From an uncultured Ignavibacteriaceae bacterium (GTDB taxonomy: Bacteria > Bacteroidota > Ignavibacteria > UBA10030), in the NCBI GenBank assembly GCA_964651225.1, contig CAZYYD010000011.1:25160-89159 (forward strand): 64,000 nt of DNA. Direction: 5' to 3'. Below are positions 33,807 to 43,219 of the stretch, one piece after another (the stretch's first letter is position 1; each line of letters opens with the position of its first letter). The position numbers and the translations under genes were made by a program. The notes beneath the pieces are model-generated. The model was not told the DNA's origin, did not search any database, and saw only the letters and a list, made by a program, of their open reading frames with translations.

Positions 33807-36452
33807 ATGAAGATTCACAATATCATTAGTGTAGTACTCTTGCTTTTTATCGGATGTGCGTCCTACAAAGAACTCGTACCCACGCCCGAGCTCATTTCGT
33901 CAGAAGGAACATTCAATCCTATATTGAACAAGGATGAGAACTTCAAGCTGAAGAAAGACGATCTCTATTTTATCAAATTTCCGCGGCCCATGGGGAATGA
34001 GTACTATCTTCTGTTGATGGGACCATCCAAGCCGCTTATTCATTCGTATGTAAAAAATCTCTTTGATGCTGAGGCTGAATCTGTGGTGGTCCGTTCCTTT
34101 GGATTCACCGAAGGAGGAGTAGAGCTGATCCAGAGTCAGAATATCAGGAACGACAGTCTGCTGATCTATCCGATCGATTCCATGTCTGCGTATTATTCCT
34201 GGATGATTGATTCAGTACGGGAAGATACAGAATTGAAGATGAGCTACCGGTATGTCCAGCAATGGCGGTATGCCTTTGAACGGGACTATGCCAGACTCCA
34301 TGCAATCTGGTCAAACAATGTGATCGACCGAACAGTCTACAACGCTCTCAATGCGGAGTATCAGACCGATGTTATCGATTGCGATAAATCGGTCGCTGCT
34401 CTTTTGCCTAAGAAGGAGAATCTGCAGGCCATGAGAGGGGATCTGCGGAAAGTTGAAAAGGTCTTTCCTCCGGATATCAAACAAAGCACCGATACAGCTT
34501 ATCAGACGTATGTTTCATTTTGTGCCGACGTGGATGATGAGATGACAGTCCAGAATACTTATCTCGCAGTGTTGACAGCACTGAAAAAAGAGAAGGAGAC
34601 ACGGGGGGATATTGTCGCATTTTTAAAAGCCGGACCTGACTTCTCGAAATTTATGGCCGCTGCAAAATCGTATCCGGCACGCATCACAAAAAAAATGAAT
34701 AGAGTCCTCTCATCTCGGTTCGGCGAAATTCTTCCATTCTATGATGCCGAATTAAAGAAGACGGATCTCAACGCTATCGGTCCATATCCAGAACTCGAAA
34801 ATGTTTCCGGCCTGTATCAAGCCTGTGGTGTTGTGATGCCGGTTGATCTCAACAATCTCATCCTGTTTGTTCGGAAATTTGTCAGCGAGCGGGATGATTT
34901 CCGAGTTGTTGAAAGCAATCTGGTGAATCTCGATGCTATGGCTGAGAATATTTCCGATCGTCCCTCGAATTCTTTCTACCGCACCGTGACTGCAGTTCTT
35001 GAACAAACGCAGAAAGTTATGCCGGAGTCTGAAGCACGGCGCGTTGAGAAGTACGGAAAATATAAGTGTGCGACGACACTGGATCAAAAGATTACCAATG
35101 CCACAAAGTTCATCGACAATCTATCGGAAGAAATTCGAAGCCTGCGGCTTTTTGACACGAAGATGACCGAGATCTCCAATGCATTCAGACAAACTGTAAC
35201 ATGGCCGGCAGATTCATTCTATGTCGTGATCCTCGGAAACCTCAACGAGGTCAAGAGCAATCTCCCCAAGGCGATCCCTGCCCGCATCGATTCGTACAGC
35301 GACAATAAGATCTCACTGTGGGCAAATAAACGCATCGCCACTGCAGGAAAAGAAGTGAATGACCAGATCGCGCGCTATCAAAAAGCAGGACAGCTCGTAC
35401 CGCAAATTAATGCTTTCCGGGCCCAGGGGACATACCGCCCCATCATTCGGCTGTTGAATGCGAATCGAACCATGGGATTTCTCCTGGCCCAATATCCGGA
35501 TGTCGATTCGCTTTCCCTGGAAACCCAGGGACGAAGGATCGCGAGCTTCTTGGATCAGAGTGCATGGGCCTCAGCTGAATCGAGGCTGGACGATCTCTTG
35601 AAGGATAACGATTACCTGAACCTGGAAGCCATTGCGCCCAAAAAGGACCAAATCGTCAAGCAGTACGAATTGGAACTGTTCCAGAAAGTCAATACGGCAT
35701 CACGCACTGCTGCAGATACGTTTGTGAAGACTCATGAGACAACCCTGAAAAATATCTCCGGTCTGTATAAGGATTCCGCCTTTATTCCGGTGTACAAACT
35801 GACGTTTACGTCCACCAACCAGAAGGATGTTCAGCAGCGGCGCAAACAGATTGAAGACTATTTGACAGAGATGAAGAACATCCGATTCCCGGAGACAGCC
35901 ATTAAGGCTCTCTTTAAAGAGTTAACAAAGAACAGCCGGGATCTCGGTGTGGAAAAAGCACGGGCTATCGTAGATCATGGAAAGCTCTATAAAGGATCCA
36001 ACAGGCAGGTGAGAGGACTTGTCGAGGAATGCGATCCGACGGTAGCGAAATCGATTTCAAAACCGAGTGAATATAGAAAACTTTTTGTCCTGCCTACCAC
36101 CAGCAATAGAAAAGGGGACAACGAGTATCTCTTAAGGCTGAAGTTAGATATTCCCTCTGAAGCGGAGTTTCCCGTGTTCGACGTGAATATCATGGTGCCG
36201 TCGGAACTTATCCGCCAGGCGGCAGACAACGCATGGTATGACGAAATTACTATCAATAAGAAACAGATCAAGAATGAGGGGCGGTTCCATATTACCGCAC
36301 CGACCTCTGACAATAATTATGAATCACAAATCACTCCTGTGCAATTGGACAAGACCACGACCAATATCCTTGAGATCAAGCTCCGATATGCGGGGTCGAG
36401 GGTTTTTGAAGTGAGCGTTATGGCGCAGAAGCCGATTCTTCGAAAGAACTAA
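33807..36452 (+). CDS. Large hypothetical lipoprotein (881 aa), first gene of the ABC locus
   Basis: RBS ggaggg. Lipobox LLLFIGC. I recognised no domain. It is on the same strand as, and 31 nt upstream of, the SBP gene. Confidence 0.75.
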   Translation: MKIHNIISVVLLLFIGCASYKELVPTPELISSEGTFNPILNKDENFKLKKDDLYFIKFPRPMGNEYYLLLMGPSKPLIHSYVKNLFDAEAESVVVRSFGFTEGGVELIQSQNIRNDSLLIYPIDSMSAYYSWMIDSVREDTELKMSYRYVQQWRYAFERDYARLHAIWSNNVIDRTVYNALNAEYQTDVIDCDKSVAALLPKKENLQAMRGDLRKVEKVFPPDIKQSTDTAYQTYVSFCADVDDEMTVQNTYLAVLTALKKEKETRGDIVAFLKAGPDFSKFMAAAKSYPARITKKMNRVLSSRFGEILPFYDAELKKTDLNAIGPYPELENVSGLYQACGVVMPVDLNNLILFVRKFVSERDDFRVVESNLVNLDAMAENISDRPSNSFYRTVTAVLEQTQKVMPESEARRVEKYGKYKCATTLDQKITNATKFIDNLSEEIRSLRLFDTKMTEISNAFRQTVTWPADSFYVVILGNLNEVKSNLPKAIPARIDSYSDNKISLWANKRIATAGKEVNDQIARYQKAGQLVPQINAFRAQGTYRPIIRLLNANRTMGFLLAQYPDVDSLSLETQGRRIASFLDQSAWASAESRLDDLLKDNDYLNLEAIAPKKDQIVKQYELELFQKVNTASRTAADTFVKTHETTLKNISGLYKDSAFIPVYKLTFTSTNQKDVQQRRKQIEDYLTEMKNIRFPETAIKALFKELTKNSRDLGVEKARAIVDHGKLYKGSNRQVRGLVEECDPTVAKSISKPSEYRKLFVLPTTSNRKGDNEYLLRLKLDIPSEAEFPVFDVNIMVPSELIRQAADNAWYDEITINKKQIKNEGRFHITAPTSDNNYESQITPVQLDKTTTNILEIKLRYAGSRVFEVSVMAQKPILRKN

Positions 36453-36483
36453 TTCTTCCATTGCTGAGAGAAGGAATGAACAT

Positions 36484-38214
36484 ATGAAGAAAAAATATCT
36501 CATCATCGGAGCAGTTGTGCTCGTCATCGGAGGCGTTCTTGTGTATCTCCTCTGGCGCCCGAATCTTCAGGATCAGATTGTTCTGCCGTACATCGCGCAC
36601 CAGAAACCGACCCTTGATCCGCACTTGCCCAGTACGAACCAGCTTTCGGATAAGCTCGATGAGGTCGAATTTGACGGTCTCTTCAATGTGGTCGCGACTC
36701 CCGGTGGAGTTGTGTATGAAGATGGACTGGGGGAATTTGTCAACATCGATCAGAACGATGTCGTTACAATCCGATTGAAAACCAAGAAGCGCTGGCACGA
36801 TAGTTACCAGGCAACCGTCGATGGGTCGAAAATCGATATTACGAAAACCCATGACCATTTCTTTTCGGCAAGCGATCTCAACTTCACGTTAAAACGTATC
36901 CAGAATCTCGGAAGTCTCTCTCCTGATTACATTCTTGTTTCCCAGGCTCTGAAGACCTTTGACTTTGACGGCCCGGATGAGAAGGGGGAGGTGCGCTTCA
37001 GTTTCAAAGGAGACAGGATTTGGAAAGATGCCGATATCAAAGAGGTGTTTTCCTTCAAAATTCTTCCCGGCAATTCGGAAATGAATGCCATGAACTATTA
37101 TGTCGGAACGGCTCCGTATATGGGCATCCCGCAAAAGAGCGGTGTTCCGAATTTCCATAAAACACCGGAAGGAGGGGCGATCATGACAAACGTGATTCTT
37201 GCCCCGTTCATCGATAATAGTACCTTTACGACCGAACTCAAAAACGGCACGATCAATACCTTGCTGGAGACACCGTTCGGAAGTCTTTCGCCGATCCTCA
37301 GCGATACCTTGAAGTATTTCACCAAGTCCAATATCAGCACAACGTTCTTTGCCATTCTGTTCAATACGGAGAGGCTTTCCCTCGAGCAGCGGAAAGAAGT
37401 GCGGAGGCTTATCAAGAATACCGCTGTGGTTGAGCGATTCTTTAAGATGAACTCCCCCCAGCAGCGAAACATTATGGATTACAAGGGAAACAGGAACAAT
37501 TACATGGATTATGTGAATAACAGCGTATTCCCTTCGTCATCCTATTACGTGGAAGAACAGATTGTCGTACCTGTTCTCGATGATACCGCGGCGAATCTCT
37601 CTCTTCTGCCGAATGTTGTGAATATCAAGACGTGTGTGAATTATGGTTTCCGGGAGGAATACGGGGAACTCATTGACATTCTGAACGACCCCACGTTGAC
37701 AAAGCAGAAAATCAAGGCAACGGCCGCGTCCAATGAAGAGATCCAGGCGAGAGATTATGACGCCCTGCTTGTTGCCATCACCGGATACCGGAGTAATTTT
37801 CTCTTCGATCTGTACAATATCTTCTTGCGTGTTCCGGACTTTGAGACCTACAGGATCAATCTCATTACCGAACCGGATCGCAAGGGAGGGCTGGCGATCA
37901 ATCCACATTCCTGGCAGCCGCATAATAATTACTTCAGCTTGAACGCTCTTGCACAGCATCCGGATAGTGCAGCCTTGAATACCCTCCTGCACTACATTTA
38001 TGGGTTTATGTCCACGCGCGAGATCGGCGATAAACAGGCATATGCGGAACGTATCGATCTGCTGGAGCGGGAACTATGCCTGGGGACATGGCTCTTCTCG
38101 CTGCCATCGCTGGCGTATTTCAGTACACAATTGGACAGCACGAGTGTACAACTCTATGGCGTGGCTTCACAATTGTCCACAGTCAAGAAATGGAAAGAAG
38201 CGCCCCGGAAGTGA
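36484..38214 (+). CDS. ABC transporter substrate-binding protein, family 5 (Opp/Dpp-like), membrane-anchored by an N-terminal TM helix
   Basis: N-terminal MKKKYLIIGAVVLVIGGVLVYLLW has no lipobox. The family-5-like stretch is ..HQKPTLDPHLPSTNQLSDKLDEVEFDGLF... Its size (576 aa) fits, and it lies next to Opp-type permeases. Confidence 0.7.
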   Translation: MKKKYLIIGAVVLVIGGVLVYLLWRPNLQDQIVLPYIAHQKPTLDPHLPSTNQLSDKLDEVEFDGLFNVVATPGGVVYEDGLGEFVNIDQNDVVTIRLKTKKRWHDSYQATVDGSKIDITKTHDHFFSASDLNFTLKRIQNLGSLSPDYILVSQALKTFDFDGPDEKGEVRFSFKGDRIWKDADIKEVFSFKILPGNSEMNAMNYYVGTAPYMGIPQKSGVPNFHKTPEGGAIMTNVILAPFIDNSTFTTELKNGTINTLLETPFGSLSPILSDTLKYFTKSNISTTFFAILFNTERLSLEQRKEVRRLIKNTAVVERFFKMNSPQQRNIMDYKGNRNNYMDYVNNSVFPSSSYYVEEQIVVPVLDDTAANLSLLPNVVNIKTCVNYGFREEYGELIDILNDPTLTKQKIKATAASNEEIQARDYDALLVAITGYRSNFLFDLYNIFLRVPDFETYRINLITEPDRKGGLAINPHSWQPHNNYFSLNALAQHPDSAALNTLLHYIYGFMSTREIGDKQAYAERIDLLERELCLGTWLFSLPSLAYFSTQLDSTSVQLYGVASQLSTVKKWKEAPRK

Positions 38215-39113
38215 TCTTGAGTTCTATAGTGAAATTTCGCCTCAGGCTGGTTCTGGTTCTCTTCCCGCTGATCCCGAATTTCGTGCCATGGGCGTTCTCC
38301 CAGCATTCTGCGGCACCGGAGTATCTCATTATCCAGAACGTTGATCAACTTCTCGTCTATAACAAGTATCAGCAAAAAACCTCACCCAGGGAACGGCGCG
38401 TCTTCGTTCCGTTCGTTCCCATCAGGATTCTCGATGCGGAAGGCACGTTGAATGATAATTATACACCGTGCATGCGCGTGGAAGTGCAGGGTGTTCCCTT
38501 TTACCTCATCAAGAATGACAAATCGACATTGATGGGGGCAAGCAAATTCGGCTTTCATGAAGTATACAACAACGTCACCCTTCTACAAGACACTCTCCAG
38601 CTTGTCGAAAATCCAGGAGCCATCCTGATATCTCCGGACCGCACCCATCAAGCGCCGGTGACGAGGGGAAAATCGATTGCGAGGTATTTCCATGATGGCG
38701 GCCTGACCTATGTTCGAGTACTCGGTGGTTGGCCGAATTACGGGTGGATCCGATTCTCTGAACAAGCGAAAGCAACTGTGAGGCACGAGGAGAAGAGGAG
38801 CGTTGTATCGGATCAGGCAATTTCACCTGCCGTTCTTCAACGGATTGACAGGAAATTCTTTGAAGCGAATTCTGCACTTTCGAAGCTGTTTCAATATTTC
38901 AACAAACAGAGGAGGCAGAAGAAAGCGATACCTCAATGGCATTTCGTCTCCTCTGACCGTACTCTTGCGTATAAGCTTGAACCAGAGAGCTATGCTCTAT
39001 CATTTTCCGAGAGCGATCAGTATCTCACGAGAGATCTGGAAAATATTCTCCTCGGCACTCCCTATGCGGTTTTCTACACACCGGGGAGAATAAACATTCG
39101 CAGGAAATACTAA
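38190..39113 (+). CDS. Hypothetical exported protein (about 307 aa)
   Basis: In-frame ATG 38190 (MERSAPEVILSSIVKFRLRLVLVLFPLIPNFVPWAFS) lies inside ORF 38076-39113. It overlaps the SBP gene end by 25 nt. A GTG at 38211 is an alternative start. I recognised no domain. Confidence 0.6.
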   Translation: MERSAPEVILSSIVKFRLRLVLVLFPLIPNFVPWAFSQHSAAPEYLIIQNVDQLLVYNKYQQKTSPRERRVFVPFVPIRILDAEGTLNDNYTPCMRVEVQGVPFYLIKNDKSTLMGASKFGFHEVYNNVTLLQDTLQLVENPGAILISPDRTHQAPVTRGKSIARYFHDGGLTYVRVLGGWPNYGWIRFSEQAKATVRHEEKRSVVSDQAISPAVLQRIDRKFFEANSALSKLFQYFNKQRRQKKAIPQWHFVSSDRTLAYKLEPESYALSFSESDQYLTRDLENILLGTPYAVFYTPGRINIRRKY

Positions 39114-39150
39114 CGGGCATGTCTCTCTGGATGTTCCTTACAGCTGAGTA

Positions 39151-40290
39151 TTGCAGGTGAAACAAAAACTCATCGACCATGTGCTGAGTATTCTGGTTAT
39201 CGCGGCGGTTTTTATTCTCCTCCTCGCCGTTATAGACACCGAAGGAACGGACAACCAGCGAACCAATGAGGCATTCATTGATTCCCTGGTACAGCAGCAG
39301 GCAATCGATATCGGCAATCCTTACCATCGATCTCTTCTGAAAGAAACACTCTCCCTGTTCTCTCCGAATGAACGATCCAGGAATGATTCACTTCTTCAAG
39401 CTCTCGAATCCTATCGGCAGGCACAATTTACGAAGACGGTCCATAAATCAGGAGGAAACAGACAGGGCCTTTCGTGGGATACATTGTATGATCTGGCAGG
39501 AATGTACTATTCGTTTATCCTGGTCTATCTGGTTGTTATGGCTGCGAGTTATTATGCAGCGCAGACATGGGCTGTCTTTAGCTTTGTGAAACGAAAACAA
39601 CAGGCATCGTCGTATCTCGAAAAATTCGTTTCTCACTCTTTGTCGGTTGTTGCCTCTCTACGGAATCATGAGTATCCCTGGGGGGATGCCGGCCGCTGTG
39701 TCCTTTTTCTTTTCCTGGCTGTCCTCAAGGGATTGCTGGCGCTCATTCTTTTCGCTCCGGCGTACGTAATTGCCTATTCGATGAAATCGACATTTGAAAC
39801 CGGCGGATATATATTTATGGTCCTCCTCGGAGTCGTTTCGAACGGACTTCTTATGAATGCAGCGTATCAGTTTTATACGTTCCTCGTTCATGAAAGCAGG
39901 AAAGGGTACGTCGAAACCGCGATCGTTAAGGGATTGAAAAACTCATATTCCTGGAACACTCCTGACGGGATATCGTTCCGGTCACTCCTGAAATGGAAGA
40001 AAACATTTCCTGCACATGTGTTTCATCATATTTATGAAAATGCCCGATTACAATACATCCCGACCATGAAGCAGCACGCCTCGTTTCTTATTACCGGCCT
40101 TATTATTATTGAAATGGCGCTCAATATTCAAGGGCATTTATGTTACGAACTTCTCCAAAATATTCTCTACAAACGCTTTGATGCCATCCTTTTAATTATT
40201 TTCGGAATATTTATGGTTGTCAAGGCAACTGAAGTCCTTGTGGACTTCTGGTTCTACACTGAATCCCAGAAGTATGAAAATGAATCATAA
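39151..40290 (+). CDS. ABC transporter permease, OppB/DppB-like (divergent, extended)
   Basis: Multiple TM segments. YVETAIVKGL parallels the OppB YVRTARAKGL motif. The C-terminal ..IIIEMALNIQGHLCYELLQNILYKRFDAILLIIFGIFMVVKATEVLVDFWFY parallels ..TETVFSWPGLG..L..AI..RDYP.... The start is TTG 39151 or GTG 39157. Confidence 0.7.
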   Translation: MQVKQKLIDHVLSILVIAAVFILLLAVIDTEGTDNQRTNEAFIDSLVQQQAIDIGNPYHRSLLKETLSLFSPNERSRNDSLLQALESYRQAQFTKTVHKSGGNRQGLSWDTLYDLAGMYYSFILVYLVVMAASYYAAQTWAVFSFVKRKQQASSYLEKFVSHSLSVVASLRNHEYPWGDAGRCVLFLFLAVLKGLLALILFAPAYVIAYSMKSTFETGGYIFMVLLGVVSNGLLMNAAYQFYTFLVHESRKGYVETAIVKGLKNSYSWNTPDGISFRSLLKWKKTFPAHVFHHIYENARLQYIPTMKQHASFLITGLIIIEMALNIQGHLCYELLQNILYKRFDAILLIIFGIFMVVKATEVLVDFWFYTESQKYENES

Positions 40291-41173
40291 CCGACCGGAA
40301 TGGTATATTGCACGCTCCTTACGCGTGCTCATCGGACAGCGGAAAGACCTCCGATGGGTGGTGCTCTGGCTTGGCGGACTGTCAGGAGTATGGTTATGGG
40401 ATACATTCTTTCTGAATCCGCTTGCCTATGAGCTGATACGCTCTGCCATAGCCAACACGTTCTATGGGGCCTTAGCAGCAGTAGCTTTATCGCTGTCCAT
40501 CGGGTGGGCGCTCGGTATAGCGCTGCACTTCCTGGAGGAGAGAAAGTCGAGGGGACCGCATCTTGCGTTGATCTTTATGATGAGTCTTCTCCGATCAATC
40601 CCTCAGATAGTGGGGCTGCTGATAGGATATATCCTGCTGACATGGATGATCGGTCAGGGAATTCTCCAGTCTCACGCCAGTCAAATCCTCTGGATGGCGT
40701 TCGTCATCAGTCTTTTTTGTTCATTGGAAGTGATCGATCTTGTCACTGAACGGATCGCGTATTTTCGTACGTTAGACTACTTCCATGCTATGCTCTGCTG
40801 CGGGATGAAGGAGAGTAGAATCATAAACGTGGATATTCTCTGGAAAAGCAGCCGTTCCCATTTCCTTCACAAACTTGTCTCACTTTTTGGGGTAGCGATC
40901 CTCCTGCAATGCAGTATAGATTTTATCGTTTCTGTGGGACTTTCCAGCGACGTGAGCCTGAGCAATTTCCCCGTGACGCTCGGGAGCCTGCTGGCAAAAC
41001 TCGACAGTAAACAGGATATCCTTGCCATGGGGTCGATGGTGCTGGATATCTCGTACCTTCCGCGGATCCTCTTCCAGCATCTGCAGGGTGTCACGGTTGC
41101 ATTTGTCCTCGTTTTCACGCTGGTGTGTATTTATCAGATAGCTGATGGACTTATGAAATACTATGATCTGTAA
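40274..41173 (+). CDS. ABC transporter permease, OppC/DppC-like
   Basis: ATG 40274 (MKMNHNRPEW) overlaps the upstream stop by 17 nt. It has six or so hydrophobic segments and sits between a permease and an ATPase. Confidence 0.7.
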   Translation: MKMNHNRPEWYIARSLRVLIGQRKDLRWVVLWLGGLSGVWLWDTFFLNPLAYELIRSAIANTFYGALAAVALSLSIGWALGIALHFLEERKSRGPHLALIFMMSLLRSIPQIVGLLIGYILLTWMIGQGILQSHASQILWMAFVISLFCSLEVIDLVTERIAYFRTLDYFHAMLCCGMKESRIINVDILWKSSRSHFLHKLVSLFGVAILLQCSIDFIVSVGLSSDVSLSNFPVTLGSLLAKLDSKQDILAMGSMVLDISYLPRILFQHLQGVTVAFVLVFTLVCIYQIADGLMKYYDL

Positions 41174-41179
41174 TCCGTC

Positions 41180-42715
41180 ATGAGTGTGCTTTCTTACGAT
41201 ATTAGTATCAGTAAACATAACCGGAGCCTGGTTCAGATAGAGAATTTTCGTCTCGAAGAGAACCATATCACATTTCTCTTTGGCGAGTCAGGGATCGGAA
41301 AATCACTTATTGCAAAAGCAGTGTATGGTCTTCTTCCTCCGGAGGAATTACAAATCTCTCTGAACGGGGAACCCTATGTTGAGTATTGTGAACGAAACCA
41401 CACACAGGAGATCCAGAGAAACAGCTTCTTTGTGTTCCAAGAGCCTTCCACACATTTAGATCCGCTCCTGACTCTCGGTGCGCAAGTAGAGGAGGGAACC
41501 CTGCCGCAGAAGCTTCGTGCGAGCGGCATTCTTGAGCGGCTGTGGAATACCTCCGACCAGGAACTTCTCGATAAGATACTGGGTGTGTATCCAAAACCGT
41601 ATCGCCCAAGCGGCGGGGAAAAGCAGCGCTTCCTGCTCGTCATGGCATTTCTCAAGATCGATCTCCTCTTAGAACAGATGGATGATCATGCACGGACGAT
41701 GTTTGTTTTTGATGAGCCGAGTGGAAGTCTGGACAATCATTTTCGTGACGTCTTTCTTTCCTTCCTTTTGGAAAAATTCGAGAAAAGAAAATTTACAACT
41801 CTCTTAATCACCCATGACTATTCTATCATTAGTGCGGTGAGAAAGGCCGATCCGAATATTCTCAAGGATATCTCCTACAAGGAATTATCCCTCGGGCGGA
41901 AGGGGCTTACCCTGACCGATTTCATGCCGGACAACTATCTAAAGTGGCTGCATGGGCAGAAGCCCTTACGTATGTTTTTCGAAGCTCCTTTGTCTCCCCA
42001 GCCGCTGCTGCGGGTAGCAAGCGGTATGGAGGTCTTTGGACGAAGACTTGTTCTTACGAATATGCGCGCATGGAACAAGCAGTCTGCTCTTGAAATCCAT
42101 CCGTATTCCATGGTGTATCTCAAAGCGCCCAGCGGAGTGGGAAAGACCACATTTGCAAAAGCAATTATGGGGCTTCTTCCTGCACGGAACCTGCGCGTGG
42201 CACTCAAGAATCTCACCCTGACCGAACAGACTCCCAGGAACATATGGCGAACCCGTGTGTGGGGAAAACGCATGACGATCACCTTCCAGCATGCGGATGA
42301 GGCCTTAAACCAGCAATCGACCGTCCGGGGGACATTATCCGGTCTTCCAAGACATACCATGACGGAACAGGAAATTCTCCAGCTCATGGCCGAAGTGTTT
42401 GACTGTGAGATCGATGACAGATTCCTGAGGACTAAAGTGAGATATTTGAGCGGTGGACAGAAACAAAAGTTGAATCTGATACGAAGTCTGGTGCTCGATA
42501 CCAACATCCTTATTCTCGACGAGCCGTTCAATGGATTGGATTTTCGCAGCATCGTACAAGTACTTGACATTCTGAAAGAACGGCAGAAGGCAGGCAAAGG
42601 AATACTGCTTATTTCGCATAATGAAGAAATCTTTGATGCGGTTGTGAATCCCGAGCAAGTCTATTATATTTCAGCAGTGCCGATCTCACAAGAGAAGAAG
42701 ACCGCGAGTGTGTAA
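41180..42715 (+). CDS. Fused double ABC ATPase (DppD-DppF-like in one polypeptide)
   Basis: Domain 1 has GESGIGKS, PSGGEKQR, FVFDEPSGSLD and ITHD. Domain 2 has APSGVGKTT, LSGGQKQK, ILILDEPFNGLD and ISHN. Confidence 0.85.
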   Translation: MSVLSYDISISKHNRSLVQIENFRLEENHITFLFGESGIGKSLIAKAVYGLLPPEELQISLNGEPYVEYCERNHTQEIQRNSFFVFQEPSTHLDPLLTLGAQVEEGTLPQKLRASGILERLWNTSDQELLDKILGVYPKPYRPSGGEKQRFLLVMAFLKIDLLLEQMDDHARTMFVFDEPSGSLDNHFRDVFLSFLLEKFEKRKFTTLLITHDYSIISAVRKADPNILKDISYKELSLGRKGLTLTDFMPDNYLKWLHGQKPLRMFFEAPLSPQPLLRVASGMEVFGRRLVLTNMRAWNKQSALEIHPYSMVYLKAPSGVGKTTFAKAIMGLLPARNLRVALKNLTLTEQTPRNIWRTRVWGKRMTITFQHADEALNQQSTVRGTLSGLPRHTMTEQEILQLMAEVFDCEIDDRFLRTKVRYLSGGQKQKLNLIRSLVLDTNILILDEPFNGLDFRSIVQVLDILKERQKAGKGILLISHNEEIFDAVVNPEQVYYISAVPISQEKKTASV

Positions 42716-42809
42716 TTCCACGGCTGATATAGTCGGGTCGAAACGTTCTTCGAAGTGAGGCAGAGAGAAAAAAGAGAATTGTTCATTCTCACAAGAAAGG
42801 AGTGTGCAT

Positions 42810-43106
42810 ATGAAAGCCGGCATCTTATTTACTGGCTCCGGACCGATTCTTCTGCTCACGACATACGATTCCTTCTCGAATCCCAATCTGGTGAAAAAAT
42901 TGGGCTCGAAAGGGATTAAGAAATTCATCGCCTATGAGGTTCCGGAGAGCCTGGCGAAGGAGAAGTACGGCCACCACTACGATTTGATCATGGACGATCT
43001 CCATCAGGAGGATGACCTGCGTGTACTGGACTACGACGGACATCACATCCTGAACCTTTTCCCCTTTAAGGCATTTGGTCAGGAGACGAAGTACGAAGGT
43101 TCCTGA
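42810..43106 (+). CDS. Small conserved hypothetical protein (98 aa)
   Basis: aaaggag lies 7-8 nt before ATG 42810; the track starts at GTG 42804. The sequence is MKAGILFTGSGPILLLTTYDS.... I cannot name a family. Confidence 0.55.
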   Translation: MKAGILFTGSGPILLLTTYDSFSNPNLVKKLGSKGIKKFIAYEVPESLAKEKYGHHYDLIMDDLHQEDDLRVLDYDGHHILNLFPFKAFGQETKYEGS

Positions 43107-43219
43107 GAGGAGCAAGCGTACGACCAGCGATGCAAAGGATTCGAGGAGATCATGAGGTGGAACTCTTCACCTTATGGACGCAGAGTAAGAAACAGCAACA
43201 AGAGAGGGATCTCCTCAGT

